Shown: positions 10,098 through 20,787 of the stretch, in pieces
Layout: the number at the start of each line of letters is the position of its first letter
Numbering within the stretch: the stretch's first letter is position 1
Source: Desulfobacterales bacterium
GTDB lineage: Bacteria; Desulfobacterota; Desulfobacteria; Desulfobacterales; JAOZSB01
Assembly: GCA_029939895.1 (NCBI GenBank)
Contig: JAOZSB010000003.1
Span: 1-42,238 of the forward strand
DNA: 42,238 nucleotides
Direction of reading: 5' to 3'
Translations under genes and position numbers: made by a program
The notes under the pieces: generated by a model
Databases searched by the model: none
The model's input: the letters and a program-made list of their open reading frames with translations, nothing else
Told to the model about the DNA's origin: nothing

Positions 10098-10174
10098 GCC
10101 AGCGTAGCTCAGTTGGCCAGAGCTACTGATTTGTAATCAGTGGGTCGGGGGTTCGAATCCCTCCGCTGGCTCCA
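10098..10174 (+). tRNA. tRNA-Thr(TGT)
   Basis: acceptor GCCAGCG/CGCTGGC, anticodon arm ACTGA-TT-TGT-AA-TCAGT, GGTTCGAATCC, encoded CCA. Confidence 0.97.
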
Positions 10175-10178
10175 GTGT

Positions 10179-10263
10179 GGTGGGGTTCCCGAGTGGTCAA
10201 AGGGAGCAGACTGTAAATCTGCCGGCGAAGCCTTCGGAGGTTCAAATCCTCCCCCCACCACCA
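10179..10263 (+). tRNA. tRNA-Tyr(GTA)
   Basis: GGTGGGG/CCCCACC, GCAGA-CT-GTA-AA-TCTGC, long variable arm, CCA. Confidence 0.97.
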
Positions 10264-10463
10264 CCCAACAATTATGTTGTATGTAGGAGATTTCGTGACA
10301 GAAATCGCTGGAACTACATGACTACTATTCCATGCGATGTATTATAATATCGTCACGTCAAATAATCCTGCAATATGATTTTTATTTATTTATAATGTCT
10401 TTAAATAATAGAGAAATCAAAAACACTTAAAACGAGCGTTTTTTTAATGCTAAAAAAATTGCT

Positions 10464-10539
10464 GCGGGAGTAGCTCAGCTGGTAGAGCTTCAGCCTTCCA
10501 AGCTGAATGTCGCGGGTTCGAGCCCCGTCTCCCGCTCCA
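10464..10539 (+). tRNA. tRNA-Gly(TCC)
   Basis: GCGGGAG/CTCCCGC, TCAGC-CT-TCC-AA-GCTGA, CCA. Confidence 0.97.
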
Positions 10540-10669
10540 TTAGCATTAAATAAAAATAAATGAGCAATTTATATTCTGTTCAAAAAATGGGTTCTTAAAT
10601 GGGTTCTATTGGATTCAGGTATGAGCTTTTTTGGGCTGACACACAAATTTGATTTGCAACAGGCACAAT

Positions 10670-10746
10670 GCCCGCGTAGCTCAGTCGGTAGAGCGCTTCC
10701 TTGGTAAGGAAGAGGTTCATCGGTTCAATTCCGATCGCGGGCTCCA
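10670..10746 (+). tRNA. tRNA-Thr(GGT)
   Basis: GCCCGCG/CGCGGGC, CTTCC-TT-GGT-AA-GGAAG, CCA. Confidence 0.97.
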
Positions 10747-10827
10747 TTTATTGCATTTTTTATGCTTTAAAAAAGTTTAAATTATAAGATTCTTTAGACA
10801 AAAATAAGCAACCAGGAGGACGTAAAA

Positions 10828-12021
10828 ATGGCAAAGGCAAAGTTCGAGAGAAATAAACCCCATGTAAACGTAGGCACAATTGGCCATATTGACCATGGTA
10901 AGACCACGCTTACAGCGGCGATCACAAAGCATAACGGCCTGAAGGGAATGGCAGAGTTTATCCCCTTTGACCAGATCGACAAGGCTCCAGAGGAAAAAGC
11001 CAGGGGCATAACCATTGCAACTGCCCATGTAGAGTATGAGACTGAAAATCGTCATTACGCACATGTTGACTGTCCAGGCCATGCTGACTACATCAAGAAC
11101 ATGATAACCGGTGCAGCACAGATGGACGGCGCAATACTGGTTGTTGGTGCTGACGATGGGCCAATGCCTCAAACCAGGGAACACATCCTTCTTGCTCGTC
11201 AGGTTGGTGTACCAAGGATAATCGTATTTTTGAACAAATGCGACATGGTAGACGACGAAGAACTAATCGAGCTGGTTGAACTTGAGATGCGTGAGCTTCT
11301 TGATAAGTACGATTTTCCTGGCGACGACACTCCGATTATCCAGGGAAGCGCACTCAAGGCACTTGAGAGCGATGACCCGGCCAGCGACGATGCCAAGTGC
11401 ATATTTGAGCTGATGGATGCAATCGACAGCTACATCCCAGAGCCGGAACGTGACATAGACAGACCATTCCTTATGCCCATTGAAGACGTATTCAGCATAT
11501 CCGGCCGTGGAACAGTTGTAACAGGCAGGGTAGACCGCGGAATCGTAAAAGTAGGCGAGGATGTAGAGATAGTAGGTATTCGTGACACGGTAAAGACAGT
11601 ATGTACAGGAGTTGAGATGTTCAGAAAACTTCTTGACGAAGGCCGTGCCGGAGACAACATAGGTGTTCTGCTTCGCGGAACAAAACGAGAAGATGTTGAG
11701 CGTGGTCAGGTAGTAGCCAAGCCCAAATCCATCACCCCCCATACAAAGTTCAAGGCCGAAGTATATATACTCAGCAAAGAAGAGGGCGGAAGACATACGC
11801 CATTCTTTAGCGGGTATCGTCCGCAGTTTTACTTTCGGACAACCGATGTTACCGGTGTATTGAGCCTGCCAGAGGGAGTAGAGATGGTAATGCCTGGAGA
11901 TCACATAACAATATCAGGTGATCTTATTACACCGATAGCAATGGAAAAAGAACTTAGGTTTGCGATCCGCGAAGGCGGTCGTACAGTCGGAGCTGGTGTT
12001 GTCAGCGAAATTATAGAATAA
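10828..12021 (+). CDS. tuf: Elongation factor Tu (copy 1)
   Basis: [23 protein letters not shown]; SD AGGAGG. Confidence 0.99.
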   Translation: MAKAKFERNKPHVNVGTIGHIDHGKTTLTAAITKHNGLKGMAEFIPFDQIDKAPEEKARGITIATAHVEYETENRHYAHVDCPGHADYIKNMITGAAQMDGAILVVGADDGPMPQTREHILLARQVGVPRIIVFLNKCDMVDDEELIELVELEMRELLDKYDFPGDDTPIIQGSALKALESDDPASDDAKCIFELMDAIDSYIPEPERDIDRPFLMPIEDVFSISGRGTVVTGRVDRGIVKVGEDVEIVGIRDTVKTVCTGVEMFRKLLDEGRAGDNIGVLLRGTKREDVERGQVVAKPKSITPHTKFKAEVYILSKEEGGRHTPFFSGYRPQFYFRTTDVTGVLSLPEGVEMVMPGDHITISGDLITPIAMEKELRFAIREGGRTVGAGVVSEIIE

Positions 12022-12051
12022 GTTTTCAGGTAAGTAGCAAGGAGTAACGCC

Positions 12052-12201
12052 GTGAGGATAATTGTAACACTGGCATGTACGGAATGTAAAAGGCGTAATT
12101 ATACCACGACCAAGAACAAACGTACAACGCCCAGTAAACTGGAGTTTAGTAAATACTGTCGATTTTGCCAAAAGCATACGGCACATAAAGAGACAAAATA
12201 A
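12052..12201 (+). CDS. rpmG: 50S ribosomal protein L33 (Zn-ribbon form)
   Basis: manual translation [49 protein letters not shown]; GTG start behind AGGAG; absent from the ORF track. Confidence 0.96.
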   Translation: MRIIVTLACTECKRRNYTTTKNKRTTPSKLEFSKYCRFCQKHTAHKETK

Positions 12202-12318
12202 AAACATATAACGGTTTATTTTTAGCCATTAGTGCTTAATTTGGAAATGATGGCAGGCAGGTGTTAATTATTTTAACCAGCTTAAGAAATAAATAATTAA
12301 ACCAGTTAATCGGAATAC

Positions 12319-12395
12319 AGGCCAGTGGCTCAATTTGGCAGAGCATCGGACTCCAAATCCGGGGGTTGGGGGTTCGATTCCCTCCTGGCCTGCCA
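12319..12395 (+). tRNA. tRNA-Trp(CCA)
   Basis: AGGCCAG/CTGGCCT, TCGGA-CT-CCA-AA-TCCGG, CCA; canonical position before secE. Confidence 0.96.
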
Positions 12396-12485
12396 ATTTC
12401 GATTTATGATTCAGAAATTTTTGAAATTAGGAAGAAAGCAATCTTAAATTCAACAATTTCGAAGTCATATGAAATTTATTAAGAG

Positions 12486-12723
12486 ATTTTTTGCTTATTT
12501 TATAACCAGATCACCTGGATAAACTATGCAAAAGGCTTCATTGTTAATATTAAGTTTATTGGGAGTTTTTTTGCTTATTTCATAACCAGGCCTTCGGTTT
12601 AACTAAGCTAAAAAGCTTCGTTAAAAATCTAAGTTTATTGGGAGTTTTTTTGCTTATTTCATAACCAGACCTTAGGGATAAACAAAAATCATCGCTTCGT
12701 TAAAAATCTAAGTTTATTGGGAG
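12486..12723 (+). repeat. Three tandem copies of ~80-bp element upstream of secE (a further decayed 3' end lies just upstream)
   Basis: units 12486-12565, 12566-12644, 12645-12723; last GGAG is 6 nt before GTG 12730. Confidence 0.95.
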
Positions 12724-12729
12724 TTATTT

Positions 12730-13101
12730 GTGGGACGGTTACAGAAAAAAAAGCCAATAGATAAAAAAAGAAAAAATGGCGTGCGCAATGATGGCAACGG
12801 TGCAGAAGCTTCAGAAAATGGAGCAATAGTACCTGAGTCGTCAAAAAATACAAAAATCCAGACCAAGCCCGGGCCAAAGTCTTTTAAATCCACAAAGATT
12901 AAAAAGACCGATGGAAAGATTGGCAAGGCTTTACAATTTTTCCGCGAGGTAAAAGTTGAGCTGGAAAAAGTAACATGGCCTACAAAACAACAGACAATGG
13001 GCTCTACTGCCGTTGTGATTGTACTTGTTATGATAATTTCAATGTTTCTTGGAATCGTTGATTTTGGGCTGACGGAAGCTGTCCGTTTTATTCTGCAGTA
13101 G
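12730..13101 (+). CDS. secE: Preprotein translocase subunit SecE
   Basis: FFREVKVELEKVTWP plus single TM helix; located between tRNA-Trp and nusG. Confidence 0.93.
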   Translation: MGRLQKKKPIDKKRKNGVRNDGNGAEASENGAIVPESSKNTKIQTKPGPKSFKSTKIKKTDGKIGKALQFFREVKVELEKVTWPTKQQTMGSTAVVIVLVMIISMFLGIVDFGLTEAVRFILQ

Positions 13102-13162
13102 TGGCTGTTAATATGGTTTTGGAAGAGGCAGTTTCAGGAGCATAATTAAAATTTATTGAAAG

Positions 13163-13322
13163 CTTTTTTGCTTATTTACTAACCAGGCCACATGGATAAA
13201 CTAAGCAGATAGTTTCGATGAAAATTTTAAGTTTATCAGGAGATTTTTACTTATTTCATAACCAGACCTTATGTATAAACTAAGTGAAAATGCTTCGTTG
13301 TTAATGTTAAGTTTACTAGGAG
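13163..13322 (+). repeat. Two tandem copies of ~80-bp element upstream of nusG
   Basis: units 13163-13242 and 13243-13322; last GGAG is 6 nt before GTG 13329. Confidence 0.95.
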
Positions 13323-13328
13323 TAATAA

Positions 13329-13865
13329 GTGTCGAATAATATGAAATGGTATATTGTTCATGTCTATTCAGGGTTTGAAGGCAAGGTCAAGACCTCCCTT
13401 GAGGAGCGTATTGCTGAATCACCCCAAAAGGAAAAGTTCGGAGAAGTTGTTGTTCCTACTGAACAGATTGTAGAACTGGTAAATGGGAAAAGAAAAACGT
13501 CCTCCCGGAAATTTTACCCAGGCTACATACTTGTTCAACTGGAACTTAATGACGAAACCTGGCATATCGTGAACAACACAGCCAAAGTAACTGGTTTTCT
13601 GGGCGAAAGGAACAAGCCTACCCCAATAACCGAAGCAGAGGCCCAGACGATTCTCAACCGTATGGAAGAGGGTCAGACCAAGCCTCAGCCCAAATTTTAC
13701 TTTGAGACTGGCGATGAAATAAGGGTTATTGATGGACCTTTTACTAATTTTCACGGCACGGTTGAGGAAGTTAATCCTGAAAAGGGCAAAATTAAGGTGC
13801 TGGTAAGTATCTTTGGAAGGTCAACGCCTGTTGAACTGGAATTTGTTCAGGTAACGAAACTGTAA
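13329..13865 (+). CDS. nusG: Transcription termination/antitermination factor NusG
   Basis: WYIVHVYSGFE, PGYILV, KOW motif VIDGPF, IFGRSTPVEL. Confidence 0.98.
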   Translation: MSNNMKWYIVHVYSGFEGKVKTSLEERIAESPQKEKFGEVVVPTEQIVELVNGKRKTSSRKFYPGYILVQLELNDETWHIVNNTAKVTGFLGERNKPTPITEAEAQTILNRMEEGQTKPQPKFYFETGDEIRVIDGPFTNFHGTVEEVNPEKGKIKVLVSIFGRSTPVELEFVQVTKL

Positions 13866-13953
13866 TGAAGTTTATTAAAATATTAACATGCAGGTCAAAA
13901 AAATAAGGGTAGGAAACAAGGCCCGAAAAAAAGCTTAGGAGTCAAAGAAGAAG

Positions 13954-14379
13954 ATGGCAAAAAAAGTAATGTCACAGGTTAAACTTCAGGTAGCGGCGGG
14001 AAAGGCAAACCCCTCTCCGCCAATTGGGCCCGCCCTGGGTCAGCACGGCGTGAACATCATGGATTTCTGTAAAGCTTTTAATGCAAGAACGCAGGGCCAG
14101 GATGGCATGATAATCCCGGTCGTGATAACAATATATCAGGATAGGTCTTTTACCTTTATTACAAAGACGCCTCCGGCTGCGATATTGTTGAAAAAAGCAG
14201 CAAAAGTAGCAAAGGGCGCAGGCGACCCGAAACGTGACAGGGTCGGCAAGGTGACGATGAAGCAGGTTGAGGAAATTGCAGAGTTGAAGAAGGTTGATTT
14301 GAATGCAAATGATCTGGCAGCAGCCTGTAATATTATAAAAGGTACTGCCCGGAGTATGGGAATAGATGTTGTTGAGTAA
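13954..14379 (+). CDS. rplK: 50S ribosomal protein L11
   Basis: [25 protein letters not shown]. Confidence 0.99.
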   Translation: MAKKVMSQVKLQVAAGKANPSPPIGPALGQHGVNIMDFCKAFNARTQGQDGMIIPVVITIYQDRSFTFITKTPPAAILLKKAAKVAKGAGDPKRDRVGKVTMKQVEEIAELKKVDLNANDLAAACNIIKGTARSMGIDVVE

Positions 14380-14562
14380 TACGGTTTTTTTTAAAAAGGT
14401 TGATTGATCAAATTTTTTAAAAACAAGTAATGTAAAAAATACTTGAACCACAAAATCTTTATCCCTTTATTAGGAATGCAAGTTTAATATTTCAACGCAC
14501 TTGAACAAAACTTAACATTTCCTGGATTGACAAAAAATAAATTGAAGGAGTGAGTAACTAAA

Positions 14563-15270
14563 ATGCCGAAGCGGGGAAAGAAATATCAGGGAGCGTATAA
14601 TAATCTGGACTTCGATAAGAAATACGGGTTTTCCGATGCAGTGAGTTTTATTATTGAGAATTCCTACGCAAAGTTCGATGAGACAGTGGATGTGGCCGTA
14701 AGGCTCGGTGTTGATCCGAGGCACGCAGACCAGATGGTACGCGGAACGGTAATCCTCCCTAACGGTTTGGGTAAAAAAGTCTCTGTTTTAGTTTTTGCCA
14801 AGGGCGAAAAAGAGATGGAAGCCCAGGAAGCCGGGGCCGACTTTGTAGGCAACGATGACCTGATAGATAAAATTAAGGGCGGCTGGTTTGAATTTGACAA
14901 GGCCGTAGCCACCCCTGATATGATGGGGACTGTCGGAAAAATCGGAAGACTTTTAGGGCCCAGGGGACTTATGCCTAATGCGAAAACAGGGACAGTAACT
15001 TTTGACATAGCCAGAGCTGTGAACGAACTTAAGGCTGGTAAGATCGACTTTAGGGTTGAAAAAACTGGAATCGTTCATGCACCTATGGGAAAGGTATCCT
15101 TTGGCCCGGGAAAAGTTGTTGAGAATATGTCTGCTTTTTTTGAAACTATCATGCGCTTGAAGCCCGCTTCAAGTAAGGGGACTTATCTTAAGAGTATTGC
15201 TATTTCAACTACTATGGGACCTGGAGTCAAGGTAGATTCGGCATTCGCACGGGATCTGATAAAAGAATAA
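14563..15270 (+). CDS. rplA: 50S ribosomal protein L1
   Basis: [23 protein letters not shown]. Confidence 0.99.
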   Translation: MPKRGKKYQGAYNNLDFDKKYGFSDAVSFIIENSYAKFDETVDVAVRLGVDPRHADQMVRGTVILPNGLGKKVSVLVFAKGEKEMEAQEAGADFVGNDDLIDKIKGGWFEFDKAVATPDMMGTVGKIGRLLGPRGLMPNAKTGTVTFDIARAVNELKAGKIDFRVEKTGIVHAPMGKVSFGPGKVVENMSAFFETIMRLKPASSKGTYLKSIAISTTMGPGVKVDSAFARDLIKE

Positions 15271-15454
15271 TAAGGGTTTTTAAAGGCCTGACTAAAAAAT
15301 TTTAATATAAATTTTTTCCTTTGGGTGTTAAACATGCCTGGCGAAATTAAATTTCGCCATGGTGTATTTTTGCTTTTTGTAATTTTGCTAAAAGCATCGT
15401 GTTTAATTAAGGTTTTTCAATAAAAAATTATAAATATATTGTTTAAATTTGTGT

Positions 15455-15550
15455 CAAAGACCGTAGGTGCACAAAATAAGTGCATAATCGGCTGTAGCCG
15501 CCCCTACCGAGACGCTTGAGATTGGTTTATTTGCCGCCTCCTGGTCTTTG
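15455..15550 (+). promoter_or_regulatory. L10 leader (autoregulatory RNA of rplJL)
   Basis: AGACCGTAGG...TAAT...CCTACCGAG kink-turn-type core; CAAAGACC can pair with GGTCTTTG (15543-15550); directly upstream of rplJ. Confidence 0.8.
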
Positions 15551-15576
15551 TAATACGAAAGGAGGAAGAAAAAAAT

Positions 15577-16110
15577 ATGAATCTGGAAGAAAAACAAGCC
15601 GCAGCTGATGCGCTTCGTAAGAAGTTTGAAGAAGCAAAAATAGTCATTCTTACCGACTATAAAGGGCTTAACGTAGCTGATATGACGGATCTCCGCAGAA
15701 AGTTGAGAGAAGCCGATGTTGAATACAGCGTTGTTAAGAATTCCCTGTTGGTACGTGCTTCTGAAGGCACCTTCGTAGAAGGTATAAAAGGCGATTTTAA
15801 GGGACCCAGTGCAATAGCTTTAAGCTATGACGATCCTGTCGCACCTGCGAAGATACTTTCAAAGTTCGTTGAAACCAACAAAAAACTAGACATAAAGTCA
15901 GGTGTTATTGCTGGTCAAGTTCTTAATGAAAAGGATGTTAAGGCTCTTTCATCGCTGCCTTCACGAGAAGTCCTGCTCGCACAGACACTTTCTACAATGT
16001 TGGCCGTACCTACATCTTTTGTACGTGTACTAAACGGCGTACCGATCTCGCTGCTCAATGTGCTTAATGCGATAAAAGACGACAAAGCAGAAAAAGAATC
16101 TGCCGCCTGA
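15577..16110 (+). CDS. rplJ: 50S ribosomal protein L10
   Basis: DYKGLNV, VVKNSL, LPSREVL. Confidence 0.98.
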   Translation: MNLEEKQAAADALRKKFEEAKIVILTDYKGLNVADMTDLRRKLREADVEYSVVKNSLLVRASEGTFVEGIKGDFKGPSAIALSYDDPVAPAKILSKFVETNKKLDIKSGVIAGQVLNEKDVKALSSLPSREVLLAQTLSTMLAVPTSFVRVLNGVPISLLNVLNAIKDDKAEKESAA

Positions 16111-16201
16111 TAACAGGCCGGTGCAGACCTTTTTCATATTTGACTGAATTTAAATAAGATTTAAAAAAACAATTTTTTGTATATATGGAGGATTAAAGAA
16201 A

Positions 16202-16591
16202 ATGGCAGATGTAACAAAACAGGATGTAATAGATTTTATAGCTGGAATGAGCGTTCTGGAGCTTTCTGAACTGGTAAAAGAACTTGAAGAAAAATTTGGT
16301 GTATCCGCAGCCGCCCCTATGGCAATGATGGCAGGTCCAATGCCTGGTGCTGACGGTGGAGCTGCAGAAGCTGAAGAGCAGACCGAATTTGACGTAATGC
16401 TCCTTTCACCTGGCGACAAGAAAATAGCAGTTATCAAAGAAGTTCGTGCAATCACTGGTCTTGGCCTCAAAGAAGCCAAGGGTCTTGTTGATGGTGCCCC
16501 AAAGGCTGTTAAAGAAGGCATCGCCAAGGAAGAAGCAGAAAAGATTCAGGCACAACTCGAAGAAGCTGGTGCCCAGGTTGAGCTCAAATAA
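16202..16591 (+). CDS. rplL: 50S ribosomal protein L7/L12
   Basis: [26 protein letters not shown]. Confidence 0.99.
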   Translation: MADVTKQDVIDFIAGMSVLELSELVKELEEKFGVSAAAPMAMMAGPMPGADGGAAEAEEQTEFDVMLLSPGDKKIAVIKEVRAITGLGLKEAKGLVDGAPKAVKEGIAKEEAEKIQAQLEEAGAQVELK

Positions 16592-16617
16592 ACACCGTAA
16601 GCAAAACTTAATATGGT

Positions 16618-16658
16618 CCGGGTAGCTGTAATATTTGCTGCCCGGCAAAGATTTTTTT
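16618..16658 (+). terminator. Hairpin plus U-tract between rplL and rpoB (attenuator-like)
   Basis: CCGGGTAGC...GCTGCCCGG followed shortly by T7. Confidence 0.6.
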
Positions 16659-16683
16659 AAAACTCAGGTTGCGGGGAGACAGC

Positions 16684-19600
16684 ATGTCGAAAGGTTCAAC
16701 AACCGGTAGGCGTTTGAGAAAAAACTTCGGCAGAATTCACAAGATCATTGAAATACCAGATCTTATAGGAATGCAAAAAGGTTCCTATGACCGTTTTCTG
16801 CAGATCAATGTACCAGCAGAACAAAGGAAGGACGCAGGGCTTCAGTCTGTTTTCAAGTCTGTCTTTCCAATTAAAGACTTTACAGGAAGTGCCTCCCTGG
16901 AGTTTGTTTCCTACTCCTTTGGAGAAGTCAAACACACGGTTGGAGCGTATATAAACCGCGGGATGACTTATGAGATTCCCATAAGAATTACTGTCAGACT
17001 TGTTGTATACGATGTTGACAAGGAAGCAGGTACGTCCAACATCAGGGATATTAAGGAGCAGGAGATATACTTCGGCACTATCCCGTTGATGACAGAAAAA
17101 GGCACATTTATTATAAACGGCACAGAGCGTGTTGTTGTCAGTCAGCTTCACAGATCATCGGGTGTATTTTTCGATCACGATAAGGGCAAGACCCATTCAA
17201 GTAGTAAGATAATATACACAGCCAGGATTATACCTGTCCGCGGATCGTGGATTGATATGGAAGTAGATCCAAAGGGCATCGTATATATAAGGATTGACAG
17301 AAGGCGAAAATTCCCTGTGTCTATTCTTTTCAAGGCCTTTGGTTATACTGCTGATGACCTTCTTTCATATTTTTACAAGTCTGAAAGAATTATAATTAAA
17401 AGCAAGCGGTACTATAAAAAATTCGACGAAACACTATTAAAGGGACAAAGGGCAGCAAGGGATATTAAAGAACCTGGCACCGATGATATTCTTGTTAAAA
17501 AAGGCAGAATAATAACTAAAAGGGCTATCCGCAAATTAAAATCTTCCGAAGCTCAGACCGTACCGGTCAACGTAGAAGATGTTGTGGGCAGAGCTTTTGC
17601 CTTTGCTATTAGAGACAGTAAGACAAATGATGTTATCTTTAAGGCTGGTGAAGAGATCACCGAAGAAACGCTGGAAAAGATTACTGAACTTGGTTTGAAA
17701 GAATTTGACGTTCTTTTTATAGACAACGTAACAAGCAGCGACTCAGTTTTGAGAACCATTGCCAATGACAAGGTTGAAACCAGGGAAGAAGCGCTTGTTG
17801 AGATTTACAGGCGTTTGAGACCCGGCAACCCGGCAACCCCGGAAGTTGCTCAGGACTTTTTAGACAATTTATTTTTCAGGTCTTCATATTACGATCTTTC
17901 TGGTGTTGGACGACAGAAAATAAATCTGCGTCTTAATCTGGATACGCCGGTAAATATTATTACTCTGAGAAAAGAGGACATCCTTCTTACTGCGAAGACA
18001 CTCGTAGAACTAAGGGACACCCAGGGACTTGTTGATGATATTGACCATCTGGGTAACAGGCGCGTCAGGGCAGTTGGCGAGCTTCTGGAAAATCAGTACA
18101 GAATCGGTCTTGTAAGGATGGAACGGGCCATTAAAGAGAGGATGAGTCTCCAGGAAGTGGACGCACTCATGCCCCACGATCTTGTAAATCCCAAACCGGT
18201 TTCTGCGGTAGTAAAGGAATTTTTTGGGACAAGTCAGCTTTCGCAGTTTATGGATCAGACAAACCCGCTTTCTGAAACTACACATAAAAGAAGGCTCTCG
18301 GCTCTTGGGCCAGGCGGTCTTACAAGAGAACGTGCAGGCTTTGAAGTCAGGGACGTACATCCTTCCCATTATGGAAGAATATGCCCCATTGAGACCCCGG
18401 AAGGTCCAAATATTGGTTTGATTGTTTCTCTAAGTACCTACGCACGCGTTAATGACTATGGATTTGTCGAGACACCATATAGAACAGCAGAAGATTCCGG
18501 AGTGACTGAAGAGGTTAAATTTCTGAGTGCATTCCAGGAAAAGGATCATCCCATAGCACAGGCAAATGCGCCGATTGACGAAAACGGAAAATATATTAAC
18601 CCCCTTGTTACATCCAGGGTTGAGGGTGAGTACATGATGGTTGAGCGTGAGCTGATTGAGCTTATGGACATCTCCCCGATCCAGCTTGTGAGTGTTTCTG
18701 CATCCCTGATTCCATTTTTGGAAAACGATGATGCAAACAGGGCACTCATGGGTTCCAACATGCAGCGTCAGGCTGTGCCGCTTCTGGTAAACGAAGCACC
18801 TTTTGTTGGAACTGGAATAGAAAAGGTTGTGGCAAAGGATTCTGGTGTTGCAATTGTAACGAAAAAGCCAGGCCTTGTTGTTGAATCCGAGGCTTCAAGG
18901 ATTGTCCTGAAGCATGAAGAAGACGACAGTAATACCGATAATCCAGTAACAATTTATAATCTTCAGAAGTTTGTCCGTTCAAATCAAAATACCTGCTTCA
19001 ACCACCGTCCCCTGGTAAAAAAGGGCGATTATGTTGGTGTGGGTGAGATAATAGCCGACGGCCCGGCCACCGATAATGGTGAGCTTGCCCTTGGTAAGAA
19101 CGTGACCGTAGCATTTATGCCTTGGGGCGGCTACAACTTTGAGGATTCAATTCTTGTCAGTGAGCGTCTTGTACGTGACGGTGTTTTTACATCCATCCAT
19201 ATTGAAGAGTTTGAGGTGGTTGCCAGGGACACGAAGCTTGGCAAGGAAGAAATAACAAGAGATATACCCAATGTTGGCGAGGAGGCTCTGCGCAACCTTG
19301 ATGACAGTGGAATCATCCGTCTTGGTGCGGAAGTAAAACCAGGAGATATTCTGGTTGGTAAGATCACACCAAAGGGTGAGACCCAGCTTTCCCCGGAAGA
19401 AAAGCTCCTTAGAGCAATCTTTGGTGAAAAGGCCGGTGATGTAAAGGATACTTCCCTTAGAGTTCCACCGGGTGTTGAGGGTATTGTAATAGATGCAAAA
19501 GTATTTTCAAGGCGGGGTGTAGATAAGGATGAGCGTACACTTGATATTGAAAATCAGGAAATAGACGGATACGAAAAAGACAAGGACATCCAGGTCAGGA

Positions 19601-20787
19601 TTATTGATGAAACTGCACAGGAAAAAATCAGCAAACTCCTGATTGGTCAGAAGGCATCTGCTTCCCTTAAAAAAGGAAAGGTAACTATTTTCAACAAGGG
19701 CGAAGAAATTACAGCAGAAATGCTGGAGGGTGTTTCAATCTCCCATATTGAGGGAGTTGTTCTTGAGGATGCAGGGCTTACTGAAAAGGTTCACGATATA
19801 ATTGGCAGTGCTCTTGATCAGAAGGAAAAAAGCAGGCTGATTTTTGAAGAGCAGATGAGCCGTTTTGAAAGAGGCGATGACCTGCCTCCGGGCGTGATAA
19901 AGATGGTCAAGGTCTATGTTGCCATGAAGCGGAAGCTTGCGGTTGGTGACAAAATGGCTGGCCGTCATGGAAACAAGGGCGTTGTATCAAGAATACTGCC
20001 CCTGGAAGACATGCCTTATTTTGAAAACGGAGTACCCGTGGACATGGTTCTCAATCCCCTGGGCGTACCATCTCGTATGAACGTCGGGCAGATTCTTGAG
20101 ATCCACCTTGGATGCGCATCCGCAGGACTTGGAGCACAGATCAACAGTCTTTGGGAGGAAAAGAAGATTGAAGATTTGCGTGAAAAGTTTGAAACAATAT
20201 TTAAAGAGGACAGTGACAAGCAATACCTGAGCAGGCTTGATGAAAAGGGTGTCATGACTCTGGCCAAGCATTACAGGCGTGGCGTTCATGTTGCAACACC
20301 TGTTTTTGACGGGGCCAAGGAAGAGGAGATCAAGAACATCCTCAAGGATTGCGGTCTCAATGAAACAGGCCAGACAATACTTTATGACGGTCGGACAGGC
20401 GACAGATTCAAACAGGAGATTACAGTCGGCATCATGTATATGCTCAAACTTCATCATCTTGTTGACGATAAGATCCATGCCCGTTCAATCGGCCCGTACT
20501 CCCTGGTAACCCAGCAGCCCCTCGGCGGCAAGGCTCAATTTGGTGGTCAGCGTCTTGGTGAGATGGAGGTCTGGGCAATGGAGGCATACGGTGCTGCTCA
20601 TGCACTTCAGGAATTTCTTACGGTTAAGTCCGATGATATGGCAGGAAGAACAAGGATGTACGAAAAAATTGTTAAGGGACAAAATGTATTAGAGCCTGGT
20701 ATCCCCGAATCTTTCAAGGTGCTTATGAAAGAACTTCAGAGTCTCGGGCTGGATATAACCCTTTTGGAAGATAAGGAAGGTGTATAA
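16684..20787 (+). CDS. rpoB: RNA polymerase beta subunit
   Basis: [36 protein letters not shown]; start ATG 16684 behind GGGGAG. Confidence 0.99.
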   Translation: MSKGSTTGRRLRKNFGRIHKIIEIPDLIGMQKGSYDRFLQINVPAEQRKDAGLQSVFKSVFPIKDFTGSASLEFVSYSFGEVKHTVGAYINRGMTYEIPIRITVRLVVYDVDKEAGTSNIRDIKEQEIYFGTIPLMTEKGTFIINGTERVVVSQLHRSSGVFFDHDKGKTHSSSKIIYTARIIPVRGSWIDMEVDPKGIVYIRIDRRRKFPVSILFKAFGYTADDLLSYFYKSERIIIKSKRYYKKFDETLLKGQRAARDIKEPGTDDILVKKGRIITKRAIRKLKSSEAQTVPVNVEDVVGRAFAFAIRDSKTNDVIFKAGEEITEETLEKITELGLKEFDVLFIDNVTSSDSVLRTIANDKVETREEALVEIYRRLRPGNPATPEVAQDFLDNLFFRSSYYDLSGVGRQKINLRLNLDTPVNIITLRKEDILLTAKTLVELRDTQGLVDDIDHLGNRRVRAVGELLENQYRIGLVRMERAIKERMSLQEVDALMPHDLVNPKPVSAVVKEFFGTSQLSQFMDQTNPLSETTHKRRLSALGPGGLTRERAGFEVRDVHPSHYGRICPIETPEGPNIGLIVSLSTYARVNDYGFVETPYRTAEDSGVTEEVKFLSAFQEKDHPIAQANAPIDENGKYINPLVTSRVEGEYMMVERELIELMDISPIQLVSVSASLIPFLENDDANRALMGSNMQRQAVPLLVNEAPFVGTGIEKVVAKDSGVAIVTKKPGLVVESEASRIVLKHEEDDSNTDNPVTIYNLQKFVRSNQNTCFNHRPLVKKGDYVGVGEIIADGPATDNGELALGKNVTVAFMPWGGYNFEDSILVSERLVRDGVFTSIHIEEFEVVARDTKLGKEEITRDIPNVGEEALRNLDDSGIIRLGAEVKPGDILVGKITPKGETQLSPEEKLLRAIFGEKAGDVKDTSLRVPPGVEGIVIDAKVFSRRGVDKDERTLDIENQEIDGYEKDKDIQVRIIDETAQEKISKLLIGQKASASLKKGKVTIFNKGEEITAEMLEGVSISHIEGVVLEDAGLTEKVHDIIGSALDQKEKSRLIFEEQMSRFERGDDLPPGVIKMVKVYVAMKRKLAVGDKMAGRHGNKGVVSRILPLEDMPYFENGVPVDMVLNPLGVPSRMNVGQILEIHLGCASAGLGAQINSLWEEKKIEDLREKFETIFKEDSDKQYLSRLDEKGVMTLAKHYRRGVHVATPVFDGAKEEEIKNILKDCGLNETGQTILYDGRTGDRFKQEITVGIMYMLKLHHLVDDKIHARSIGPYSLVTQQPLGGKAQFGGQRLGEMEVWAMEAYGAAHALQEFLTVKSDDMAGRTRMYEKIVKGQNVLEPGIPESFKVLMKELQSLGLDITLLEDKEGV

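Noticed and set aside
10264-10669. Long spacers between tRNAs hiding another RNA gene
   Set aside because: Only weak AT-rich hairpins; no further cloverleaf or T-loop motif found apart from tRNA-Gly.
10777-11904. Antisense ORFs over tuf, and similar ones over rpoB, rpoC and r-protein genes
   Set aside because: Shadow frames of conserved genes with no recognisable motifs; they are duplicated only because tuf is duplicated.
12486-12723. Tandem 80-bp units as a CRISPR array
   Set aside because: Whole units are homologous with no unique spacers, the copies are degenerate and dispersed, and no cas genes are present.
17380-17760. Extra segments in RpoB and the region after the RpoC trigger loop
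   Set aside because: They correspond in position to the known proteobacterial lineage-specific inserts (beta i4/i9, beta' i6); no intein motifs seen.
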